Shown: positions 32,157 through 40,674 of the stretch, one piece after another
Numbering within the stretch: position 1 is the first letter of the stretch
Layout: the number at the start of each line of letters is the position of its first letter
The notes under the pieces: model-generated
What the model saw: the letters and a program-made list of their open reading frames with translations, nothing else
Databases searched by the model: none
What the model was told of the DNA's origin: nothing
Translations under genes and position numbers: made by a program
Assembly: GCA_965221955.1 (NCBI GenBank)
Contig: CBDCTA010000029.1
Span: forward strand, 32,001 to 96,000
Reading direction: 5' to 3'
DNA: 64,000 nt
Source: Gammaproteobacteria bacterium
GTDB taxonomy: Bacteria; Pseudomonadota; Gammaproteobacteria; UBA4575

Positions 32157-32212
32157 GCAAAATTGATTTTAAGATTAATTTAACCGATTACTTGAAATGT
32201 GCGTTAAGCATA

Positions 32213-33572
32213 TTATGTTCGGCGGCGGCGATGAATGCCAATAAATATCCCTGCTAGCAACACTGTAAGAGGCACGATCAGTAAATACGTGGCAGCAAGG
32301 GTTGCGATGGCAGTATTGCTGAACTGAATTGAAACATCAGGCGGTCGATAGGGTAGTAGCGAGATGCGCTGGTCATCGTGGGTGAGCCACTGCAATACAC
32401 TTACGATTAGTGTCAGATTTTCACCATGACCGATATAGGCATTGGCAGCAAAATCACTATCACCCATTAGCACCACACGTTGTTGAGTTTTTTTATCTAC
32501 AACACGGCTGAGGCTTGCTGCGATAAGTAAAGGGCCTTCTGTATCACCTGTAGTACTGTCAAAAACGACGTTTTCACCGCTAAGAGCATTGGTCTCAGAC
32601 CATGCACGAGGTAGCGAATAAAATAATGGCTTTGCTTGCCAGTTTTCGGGAGTGGAAATTGCAATGCCGCTAGCAAATGGAAATAAGGTTTGGTTTTTTA
32701 AGTTAGCGGTGATGGTGTGTTGTTGATATTCGACCACGGGCACCACGGCTGGATGTTTAATTCCTAGAATAGAACGTAATTCTTGGTTAGCATCAATGAT
32801 GGTGCCTTTCACCCAACTGAGGCCAAATGTGTTTGCTAATGAAGGGAGTGGTGAATTTTCATTAATCGGGTCAGATAACCACAGTAAATTTCCACCGGCT
32901 TCTACATAATCTAAAATTAATTTTTCTTCACCTTCTAGCAACGCTGCTTGTGGTGCTGCAATCACTAATACAGCAACGTTGTCTGGTATTACTGTAGTTT
33001 GCAATAGATTTAAATCTTGAACTTCTACACCGCTAGATTCTAAAGTTTGTTTAAGCGTGCTATAGCCTTGGTTGTTTTCTTCGAAAGGGGTCACGTTCTC
33101 CATGACCGCTTAAAAAAGCCACCCAAGGTTTTTTCTGCCGGGTTAAGCGTTGCAAAGCGTTGGTAATTTCACTTTCAGAGATTACGTCTACGATTTCAAA
33201 ACGTCCTTTATAGTCGATACGTAGTTGATTGGGGTTATTTAGGTGTAGTTCTTTTGCTAGCTCAATTTGGGCATCAAGATCTAAAAACTTAAAATCAATT
33301 TCAGACTTAAATTTAAAATATTTATCAATTTGTCTCTTTATTGCCTGTCGCTCACTTGCTGCATTACGTGCTAGCACAGTCATTAATAAAGTGTCATCGA
33401 CTTGTTGTAAAATAGTGCGGCTGGTTTCTGTAAGTGTGTTGCGATTATCCCGCGTCCAATCAAATACGAAGTGATATTTTTGTGTTAACCATGCACAGAC
33501 ACTTATTATGGCAAATAAAAATAACAATTCAGTCCAGTTGCGGAAATACTTGTGTAATTTTTTAGCTGGCAT
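32213..33572 (-). CDS. GldG-like ABC auxiliary component (apparent 1-nt insertion at about 33084-33090)
   Basis: N-part DWTRDNRNTLT...FLSGHGERDP and C-part VLVIAAP...GGNLL...VVLMGDSDF...N join if one base is removed from CCCCTTT. Confidence 0.85.
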
Positions 33573-34314
33573 TATTTAGTCTTAATCGTCTGATGCACAA
33601 GATTAAAAACAAAATGGTAAATAAAACAAAATATGCAATATGTTGAGTATCCACCGATCCAGTCAGTAGATTGGTTAAATGTGGAAAGTTAGATAAATAA
33701 AGAAATAGCTCACTGCTGCTGGCAGTAGCCGAGCCAGATAAATACAACATGACGAGTATTAATTGCAGACCAATAATGGCGGCGGTAGCAATAATTGGAA
33801 TACGTGTGAGATTTGCTATGAATAAAGCGGCTGCACTAAATGAACTGATAAATAAAAATACTGCTAAGCACGTTGCGGCTGTTTTGCCATAATCAATTTG
33901 TGTGAAGTAGCCAAGTATTAATGCGTAAGCACTACAAATGACTGTAAACGTTAGCGCTAGTAACACTAGCGCGAGGTATTTGCCTAATACGGTTTGCATT
34001 GCACTAATAGGCGCGCTGCTTAAAAGTAAATGACTACCAAAATAACGTTCTTCTGTGCTGCTACGTACTGCAAATAAGGGTACGAGTAAAATTCCCACTA
34101 CAGCCACCCAAAACATATAGGGCACAATGACTAAGTCAGTTAATCCAGGTGCGCGCTTTAAGCCAACAAGCTTTGCTTGTACTTCACTATAAAAATTATT
34201 CAACAAGATCAATAACAGCAAGCCTAATACGAACAAGGCAACTGCAAATAAAATCCACGCAATAGGAGTAAACCAAATACGTCTCAATTCATTTTGTGTA
34301 ATTGCCCAGGTCAT
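33562..34314 (-). CDS. ABC-2 permease (GldF-like)
   Basis: Six TM helices, TPIAW, EERYFG...LLSSAP...VLGKY. Confidence 0.87.
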   Translation of the reverse strand: MTWAITQNELRRIWFTPIAWILFAVALFVLGLLLLILLNNFYSEVQAKLVGLKRAPGLTDLVIVPYMFWVAVVGILLVPLFAVRSSTEERYFGSHLLLSSAPISAMQTVLGKYLALVLLALTFTVICSAYALILGYFTQIDYGKTAATCLAVFLFISSFSAAALFIANLTRIPIIATAAIIGLQLILVMLYLSGSATASSSELFLYLSNFPHLTNLLTGSVDTQHIAYFVLFTILFLILCIRRLRLNNAS

Positions 34315-35252
34315 ACTGAATCACGCATCACTAGATCAAGAAATACTTGTTCGAGTGAACCACCAATAGTGCCTATTTCATATAATTGCCAATCATTTTC
34401 TAGTGAACGCGCTTGTACTTTTTGAATAAATTCCATGTCATTATAACGACAAATATATTTTCCATATTGTGTACAACTTACTGACTCACATCCAGGGATC
34501 GCATTGAGATCTTCAATCGAAGGTTGGCCATTGAAACGAAGTTTTACACGCTTAGTTTGTTTATTGGTACTAGAGCTTTGGTTTAATTTTTCTAATGATT
34601 GGTCGAGTAATAATGAGCCTTGATCAATGATCAATACACGATCACAGGTGGTCTCAGCTTCGTTAAGTAAGTGTGTAGATAGCAATACACTGTGGTTTTT
34701 TGATAATTCACTTAACAGTTCACGAATATCTTGCATTTGCACAGGGTCTAAACCCACTGTAGGTTCGTCTAAAATGACCAAAGCGGGTTCGTGAATGATT
34801 GCTTGAGCAATGCCAACGCGTTGTTTATAGCCTTTAGATAAATGTGCAATCAGTTTTTTTTCTACTGATTCTAATGCACATATTTCTACTACCTGTTTAA
34901 TCCTGTTTTTAATTTCACTTTTGTTAACTTCATGTATGCGCGCAGCGAACTGCAAGTATTCATAAACTGTAAGTTCTCTATACAGAGGCGGCGTGTCAGG
35001 TAAGTAACCCAAATTGCGTTTTGCAAGCTTCGGGTGTTTAAAAATATTCTCACCACAAATACCCACATCGCCTGAATTCGGAATTAAATTACCCGTAATG
35101 ATATTCAAGGTTGTCGATTTACCTGCACCATTAGGCCCTAGTAGTGCGACGACTTCACCGCGGCAGATTTCAAAGCTGATATTTCCAATCGCTTTGTGAC
35201 CATCAAAATTACGCGATAAGTTTTGCACCGACAACAATGTTTCTTGTGTCAT
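34311..35252 (-). CDS. ABC transporter ATP-binding protein (GldA-like)
   Basis: GPNGAGKST, LSKGYKQRVGIAQA, LDEPTVGLDP. Confidence 0.92.
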   Translation of the reverse strand: MTQETLLSVQNLSRNFDGHKAIGNISFEICRGEVVALLGPNGAGKSTTLNIITGNLIPNSGDVGICGENIFKHPKLAKRNLGYLPDTPPLYRELTVYEYLQFAARIHEVNKSEIKNRIKQVVEICALESVEKKLIAHLSKGYKQRVGIAQAIIHEPALVILDEPTVGLDPVQMQDIRELLSELSKNHSVLLSTHLLNEAETTCDRVLIIDQGSLLLDQSLEKLNQSSSTNKQTKRVKLRFNGQPSIEDLNAIPGCESVSCTQYGKYICRYNDMEFIQKVQARSLENDWQLYEIGTIGGSLEQVFLDLVMRDSV

Positions 35253-35367
35253 ATAGCGGTTCTACAATAGAGGCTAAGCAAGCGATAGGTGGTTATAAAT
35301 AAACCTATTGATAGGTCGTTACAATAGTGCTGGGTATTACGCATATTTGGCAGAATGATTACTGGAT

Positions 35368-35385
35368 TATACAAACATTTGTATA
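35368..35385. promoter_or_regulatory. Palindromic candidate operator
   Basis: TATACAAA-CA-TTTGTATA in the divergent ABC/desaturase intergenic region. Confidence 0.4.
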
Positions 35386-35713
35386 TTGTGATGGTTTAGT
35401 TGCTGTTCGCAGTTGTAAATCAGCATACTTATATAGATCTAAATGTGAGCATGTCGATCATTATATAAGCTGAATAACTGATCAGCTGATGAATAATCAG
35501 CAACTTACAGAACCTGCTCTTGTGATTAGAAAAAATGCCACAATATAGCGATAAAGCCATTTGTTTATTTATGGCGGTCAGATATCAATAGTGCTACACC
35601 AATGATCATATGCTGCTTGCCCAAGAGGAATCTCAAGACGTATGATTTGCTTGTTGATAGGAAGCACAACTTGGAACACATAATAATAACAATAATTAAC
35701 TAGAGTCAATCAT

Positions 35714-36892
35714 ATGCTTAATGGACTAATTACTTTACCTTGGTGGGGCTACATTGTAGTCACACTAGTTCTTACTCACATCACCATTGTCTCTGTCACG
35801 CTATATCTGCATCGTTGCCAAGCTCATTGTGCACTAGACCTACATCCTCTGGTATCACACTTTTTTCGTTTTTGGTTGTGGGCGACTACAGGTATGGTAA
35901 CTAAAGAATGGGTGGCAATTCATCGCAAACATCACGCGAAAACAGAAACTGAGGATGATCCGCATAGCCCGCATACAAAAGGTATTGCAAAAGTTTTTTG
36001 GCAAGGCGCAGAGCTTTATCAAGAAGAAGCCAAAAATATGGAGACTATACAGAAATATGGTCACGGTACTCCAGATGATTGGCTAGAACGAAATTTATAT
36101 TCACGTTATAGCTTTATTGGTCTTAGTATTAGCTTTGTTTTAAATGTCATTTTATTTGGGCCTATTGGTTTGACTATTTGGGCAGTCCAAATGATTTGGA
36201 TACCATTATTTGCGGCAGGAGTGATTAATGGAATTGGTCATTACTGGGGCTATCGGAATTTTGAAACCGAAGATGGTTCAACCAATGTTATTAATCTTGG
36301 ATTTATTATTGGCGGAGAAGAGTTACACAACAATCATCATGCTTATCCAAGTTCTGCAAAGTTTTCGAGCAAATGGTGGGAAATTGATCTAGGCTGGTTT
36401 TATATTCAATTATTAAGTTTATTTGGTTTAGCAAAAGTTCGCAGACGTGCACCAAAGCCAATGCGCTTAATAAATAAAGACATTATTGATTTAGAAACTG
36501 CGAAAGCAATGGTGTCTAGTCAATTACATGTGATGGCCGAGTATGCACAAAAAGTTACTTTGCCGACTTTTCATGCCGAGCTACCCAATTTTGAAGATCG
36601 ATATAAAAAACTGGTGAGCCAAATGCGCACTGCATTAATACGTGAAGATAGCCGTATGAAGCCTTTGCATCGTGAACACTTGCAAGAACTATTACAAAAT
36701 AGTGAAGCATTGCATACTGTTTATGAATTTCGTCGTAAGCTACAAGCGCTTTGGAAAGAGACCCATGCCAGTCATGAACGCATGATTCAGGCCATTATCG
36801 AGTGGTGTAAAGAAGCCGAGGCGACCGGAATTAAAGTGCTAGAGGACTTTGCGCAGAGCTTACGAGGGTACGCATTACAGTCAGCGGTTTGA
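35714..36892 (+). CDS. desA: Delta-9 fatty acid desaturase (DesA-like)
   Basis: His boxes HRCQAH, HRKHH, HNNHH; helical C-terminal extension typical of proteobacterial DesA. Confidence 0.9.
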   Translation: MLNGLITLPWWGYIVVTLVLTHITIVSVTLYLHRCQAHCALDLHPLVSHFFRFWLWATTGMVTKEWVAIHRKHHAKTETEDDPHSPHTKGIAKVFWQGAELYQEEAKNMETIQKYGHGTPDDWLERNLYSRYSFIGLSISFVLNVILFGPIGLTIWAVQMIWIPLFAAGVINGIGHYWGYRNFETEDGSTNVINLGFIIGGEELHNNHHAYPSSAKFSSKWWEIDLGWFYIQLLSLFGLAKVRRRAPKPMRLINKDIIDLETAKAMVSSQLHVMAEYAQKVTLPTFHAELPNFEDRYKKLVSQMRTALIREDSRMKPLHREHLQELLQNSEALHTVYEFRRKLQALWKETHASHERMIQAIIEWCKEAEATGIKVLEDFAQSLRGYALQSAV

Positions 36893-36956
36893 ATCTTTTT
36901 TATTTCTGGCAAGAAGTGAACGTTCAATTCACTAAATCATAGTCATCAAGTTAGTT

Positions 36957-37200
36957 GTTCGTTTTCTTTGCTTGTTCAAAGAAAACGAACCAAAAGAAAA
37001 GTGTTCTTGTAAGATTTAAAATATCAACATTAATACATTAATTACACGTCGTTCCCACCAACTTGCTCTTCGAGTACGTTCGTAATATCTAACAACCTTG
37101 GTTGGCATGATGATGTCATCCAGGCACAACATGCCTAAATCAACCATCCTTGGCTGATTTACCTGCAGTTGTTTCGAGTTTACTCACCAAGTTGAACGGG
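36957..37200 (-). repeat. Structured non-coding element (left flank of cassette array)
   Basis: Perfect 14-bp hairpin 36957-36990; long-range stem 37054-37065/37188-37200; internal hairpins with GGA loops on the minus strand. Confidence 0.65.
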
Positions 37201-37217
37201 ATTCAGAAGTGCTTTGA

Positions 37218-37245
37218 ATGCCTGCTTTCGGCCAATAGCGGACAT
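37218..37245 (+). repeat. 28-bp palindromic site R1
   Basis: ATGCCTGCTTT-CGGCCA-ATAGCGGACAT. Confidence 0.8.
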
Positions 37246-37253
37246 TTAAAACT

Positions 37254-37712
37254 TTAAGAGAATAAAGCCGCAATTGATTGAAGCAATACATCAAAAGCCA
37301 CAATTGCACCGACATCCCTCCTCATCCCATCACTTTGCTTTATTTGATAGTCTCTAGAAGAATATGGCTTTTGCAAATTTGGCATTACATAATTTAATTC
37401 ACCTTTGTCGAAATAAACCCCACAACAGAATTCACAAAAATCTAATTCAATTCCACTAACCATTACAATATTTAGAGGTTTTGTATCACATAGTGGGCAA
37501 TTTCTAGTATCAGACAGATTTTGATTATCTTTAGAATATTGAACTAATTCGTCAATTTTGATTTTACTTTTCTGTGTTTCAATAAGCCTGGAAACACTAA
37601 CGCCACTAAGCCAAACTCCTTTACAGTTCTTGCATTCCTTAATAATTGTTGTATCTACTGGATAGCTAACTGATTTTGTATCCATATTGAATTTACAACT
37701 TGGACAATTCAT
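37254..37712 (-). CDS. Tandem zf-TFIIB zinc-ribbon protein (cassette 1)
   Basis: CPSC...CKNCKGVWL and CPLC...LDFCEFCCGVYFDKGEL. Confidence 0.82.
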   Translation of the reverse strand: MNCPSCKFNMDTKSVSYPVDTTIIKECKNCKGVWLSGVSVSRLIETQKSKIKIDELVQYSKDNQNLSDTRNCPLCDTKPLNIVMVSGIELDFCEFCCGVYFDKGELNYVMPNLQKPYSSRDYQIKQSDGMRRDVGAIVAFDVLLQSIAALFS

Positions 37713-37736
37713 CTTATCAATATTACTTATCTGTTA

Positions 37737-37764
37737 ATGTCCGCTTTGGGTCGTTAGCGTCCGT
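37737..37764 (+). repeat. 28-bp palindromic site R2
   Basis: ATGTCCGCTTT-GGGTCG-TTAGCGTCCGT. Confidence 0.8.
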
Positions 37765-37783
37765 TAAATTTTATGAAGTCGCT

Positions 37784-38019
37784 TCATTGTGTATTGTTCC
37801 CACTAAGTCTCCTTCCTATACGGATCAGAATAAAGCCAATTACAAACCCAATCCCACCAATCGTTACAATAGTTACTAGTTCTCCAACTCCCTCACGACC
37901 ACCCGTACCCTGATTGCACCCATTAAATATATCGCTCCAAAACCAAGTCCAATAGTGCCTACAGCAAATACTAACAATGCACCACTACCAATAAAGATAA
38001 TGCAAAATAGCTTTTTCAT
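37784..38019 (-). pseudogene. Small two-TM membrane protein (cassette 2), frameshifted near 37914
   Basis: MKKLFCIIFIGSGALLVFAVGTIGLGFGAIYLMGA then, after a one-base shift, NQGTGGREGVGELVTIVTIGGIGFVIGFILIRIGRRLSGNNTQ*. Confidence 0.6.
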
Positions 38020-38044
38020 GATTAGTGTAAATTTTTACTATCTA

Positions 38045-38061
38045 ATATGCGCTTTGGGACA
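38045..38061 (+). repeat. Left half-site R3 (degenerate)
   Basis: ATATGCGCTTT-GGGACA versus ATGTCCGCTTT-GGGTCG; right arm absent. Confidence 0.55.
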
Positions 38062-38164
38062 TTTGATTGGCATAATTAATCCTTATTACTTTGATTAATT
38101 GCAATATCTTGAAGACCGCTATATGAGTTGATAGTGTAACTATTAACAGGGAGCCATAAATAAG

Positions 38165-38199
38165 AAGGCCGGTTGCTTAGTGGGTGATTGGCCTTTTTA
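38165..38199 (+). terminator. Terminator-like hairpin inside the array
   Basis: AAGGCCGGTTGC...GTGATTGGCCTT followed by a T run. Confidence 0.45.
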
Positions 38200-38220
38200 T
38201 ATATAAACAATTAATTATCA

Positions 38221-38239
38221 TTCGGCCAATAGCGGTCAT
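38221..38239 (+). repeat. Right half-site R4
   Basis: TT-CGGCCA-ATAGCGGTCAT, matching R1 at 18 of these 19 nt; left arm absent. Confidence 0.75.
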
Positions 38240-38242
38240 AAA

Positions 38243-38681
38243 CTAATTAAGTTTCATCATATCTAAAAAGCCAAGCTGCTTCATTGAAGTATAGTTGTCC
38301 CACTCTACCCATACCTCTACTATAATCCCGTCTTCAATTCGATACATGGCTAAATATTCAAAATCCACATCTTTATGTGAAATTGGATAAGGCCCCATTT
38401 CACCAAGTTGGGTTCCTTTAAATCTATGGCGTTGCAGCAACTTTATTTCCTTCTGCAATTAAATCTAAAATTTGATCTTTAAATTTTGGAAAAATTTTAT
38501 GTTGCGTACGCAAAAACTGAATTAAATCACCTCGGCACCTAACAACAGGTTCGCCAGCAGCAAAGCTATGTCGAATGAATCCATCAGATAAAAGATTATC
38601 AAGCCGGTCCCAGTTGTACGAGTTGATAACATCAGTATATTCGCGAACTAATGCCTTGTTATGCTCGATGTTGTTATCCAT
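38243..38681 (-). pseudogene. SnoaL-like ester cyclase (cassette 3), 1-nt insertion near 38432
   Basis: NKALVREY...DLIAEGNKVAA joins RHRFKGTQLGEMG...YRIEDGIIVEVWVEWD if one A is removed. Confidence 0.8.
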
Positions 38682-38724
38682 ATTTAAAAACTAGCAAATA
38701 AGCTTGAATTTTAGCGAAGCCTTC

Positions 38725-38752
38725 ATGTCCGCTTTGGGTCGAAAGCGGACAT
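38725..38752 (+). repeat. 28-bp palindromic site R5 (perfect arms)
   Basis: ATGTCCGCTTT-GGGTCG-AAAGCGGACAT. Confidence 0.85.
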
Positions 38753-38779
38753 TATAAACCAAATCATCTATCTCTTAAT

Positions 38780-39005
38780 CGGGCATTACATCACGCTGAG
38801 AAGCGCAAGGTATTTTCAGACCAAGGCGAGCGCTGCTTGAGCGTAGCGAGTTTGCGAAGCCGTTGAAAATATCGAGCATTCGAGGTTCGAATAGCAAGTA
38901 AATGATGCTTCACAATCTGCTCAGTTATTTGCGATCTCGTGATGTTGAGCGCAATGATTTTGGGTACTTTTGGCGAAACAAAAGTACCTTGCTCTCTAAG
39001 AGCAA
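38780..39005 (+). repeat. Structured non-coding element (right flank of cassette array)
   Basis: Closing stem ACATCACG 38788-38795 / CGTGATGT 38938-38945; internal CTGCTTGAGCGTAGCGAGTT; terminal hairpin TTTTG-GGTACTTTTG-GCGAAA-CAAAAGTACC. Confidence 0.65.
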
Positions 39006-39078
39006 GTGTTGAATAAAAGAATAGGAACTTATGGAGAGAGCGAAAAAGTACTCAGTGGTACTTATGGATACAAAATAA

Positions 39079-39246
39079 TTACTTAATTTTTGCTTCTTTA
39101 TACATGACATGTTTCCTTACAACTGGATCATATTTTTTGATCTCAAGTTTTTCGGTCATGGTGCGTTTGTTTTTGCTAGTGGTGTAGTAATGTCCTGTAC
39201 CTGCACTTGATACAAGTTTGATTTTTTCGCGAACTGATTTTGCCAT
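39079..39246 (-). CDS. rpmG: 50S ribosomal protein L33 (55 aa, not in the ORF track)
   Basis: [55 protein letters not shown], downstream of rpmB. Confidence 0.97.
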   Translation of the reverse strand: MAKSVREKIKLVSSAGTGHYYTTSKNKRTMTEKLEIKKYDPVVRKHVMYKEAKIK

Positions 39247-39259
39247 GAGTTAAATTCCC

Positions 39260-39496
39260 TTATACTTTGATACCGCGTTTGCGTACATCCGCAAGTACTT
39301 CATCAATGCCTTTTTTGTCGATAATGCGCATACCTTTTGAAGACACACGTAGTTTTACCCACTTGTTTTCACTTTCCACCCAGAAACGGTGTGACTGAAT
39401 ATTAGGCATAAAGCGACGGCGTGTTTTATTATGGGCATGGGAAACGTTATTACCTGCCTTGGGTCGTTTTCCAGTAACCTGACATACACGAGACAT
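39260..39496 (-). CDS. rpmB: 50S ribosomal protein L28
   Basis: [29 protein letters not shown]. Confidence 0.98.
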   Translation of the reverse strand: MSRVCQVTGKRPKAGNNVSHAHNKTRRRFMPNIQSHRFWVESENKWVKLRVSSKGMRIIDKKGIDEVLADVRKRGIKV

Positions 39497-39634
39497 AATA
39501 TTTACTCAAAATCCATTCAAATAGGGCGCGTGAAGATAACAGAATCACCATATTGGCTCAAGCCAAGACAGTCTAGAATGGGTTAGAAAAGCAGGTTCTA
39601 CCTACAAAAACCCAAAAACACGTATAGTTAGCTA

Positions 39635-39991
39635 ATGGACACAATATTTCTGCGGGATTTAGAGATTGATGCCACTATCGGTATCTTTGAATGGGAGAAG
39701 CGCATCAAGCAAAAGGTGCGTATTGACCTGGAAATGGCCTCAGATATTGCCAAGGCGGCGGCAAGCGACTCCATAGACGACACCTTGGATTATAAGGCGA
39801 TATCTAAGCGTATCATCCAGTTCGTTGAAGACAGCCAGTATGAGCTGATCGAGACATTGATTGAGAAGGTAGCTGAAATACTGCTGAATGAATTCAACAT
39901 TCCTTGGGTGAGAGTTACCATCAGCAAGCCTGGAGCCGTACGAGGCTCACGCGATGTTGGCATCATTATCGAACGTGGTGAGCGAAACTAG
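39635..39991 (+). CDS. folB: Dihydroneopterin aldolase
   Basis: IGIFEWEK, LDYKAI, LIETL, KPGAV. Confidence 0.95.
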   Translation: MDTIFLRDLEIDATIGIFEWEKRIKQKVRIDLEMASDIAKAAASDSIDDTLDYKAISKRIIQFVEDSQYELIETLIEKVAEILLNEFNIPWVRVTISKPGAVRGSRDVGIIIERGERN

Positions 39992-40515
39992 TGGCTCGCG
40001 TCTATGTCAGCATCGGTAGCAATATCGACACCCAAAATTAGAAAAAAATATTCTTTCATCGGTAGTAATATGAAAAAAATATTCTTTCATCTGTAAAAGC
40101 TCTGCAAGAACATTATGGTGAGTTGGAGATTTCCAATGTCTATGAAACCCAAGCGGTAGGATTTGAAGGCGATGATTTTCATAACTTAGTGGTGAGTTTT
40201 GATACCGATGAATCGCCTTTAGAAATTGCCCAAGTATTAAAACAAATCGAAGCTGATCATGACCGCACACGCGGCAAAGAAAAGTTTGAATCCCGCACTT
40301 TAGATTTAGATCAATTGTTATATGGTGATTTAGTCATGCAAATGGAGGGCGTGAATGTACCGCATCCGGATATTTTGCGTTACAACTTTGTGCTTAAACC
40401 ACTCGCCGATTTGGCTGGTGATGTAGAACATCCTGAAGAAGAAAAAAGCTGTAATGAACTTTGGAATGAATTTGGAGAAAAGGGTGGAATGAAAGTAGTG
40501 GAGTATGATTTTTAA
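39991..40515 (+). pseudogene. folK: HPPK FolK with scrambled/duplicated 5' segment (in-frame stops 40039-40068)
   Basis: GTG 39991 reads MARVYVSIGSNID, then a duplicated 20-mer, then EKNILSSVKALQEHYG...SRTLDLDQL...PHP...FVLKPL. Confidence 0.88.
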
Positions 40516-40606
40516 TCTCAATCTTCGACTAATTTTGGTGAGCGCAAAGATACGCTAATAAGAGGCACGTCATGTAAGATGCGGACAGATAATTCTGTAT
40601 TAATAA

Positions 40607-40634
40607 ATGCCCGCTAACGGCCATTCAGGAAAAC
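40607..40634 (+). repeat. Degenerate 28-bp site (second locus)
   Basis: ATGCCCGCTAA-CGGCCA-TTCAGGAAACT: left arm and spacer match the R1/R4 type. Confidence 0.5.
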
Positions 40635-40674
40635 TATTATTCTAAAGCTAAGACTAAGTAGTTATTTTTTAGAC

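Noticed and set aside
36400-36892. Transposase-like (ISL3) appearance of the desaturase C-terminus
   Set aside because: It is the usual in-frame helical extension of proteobacterial DesA; no IS ends or DDE triad are evident.
37217-38753. CRISPR array or classical integron attC array
   Set aside because: Intervals between repeats are hundreds of bp and hold whole genes; there are no cas or intI genes; the sites are 28 bp and lack attC R/L boxes.
38925-39110. 61-aa minus-strand ORF
   Set aside because: Overlaps rpmG out of frame and runs through the structured repeat; no protein-like features.
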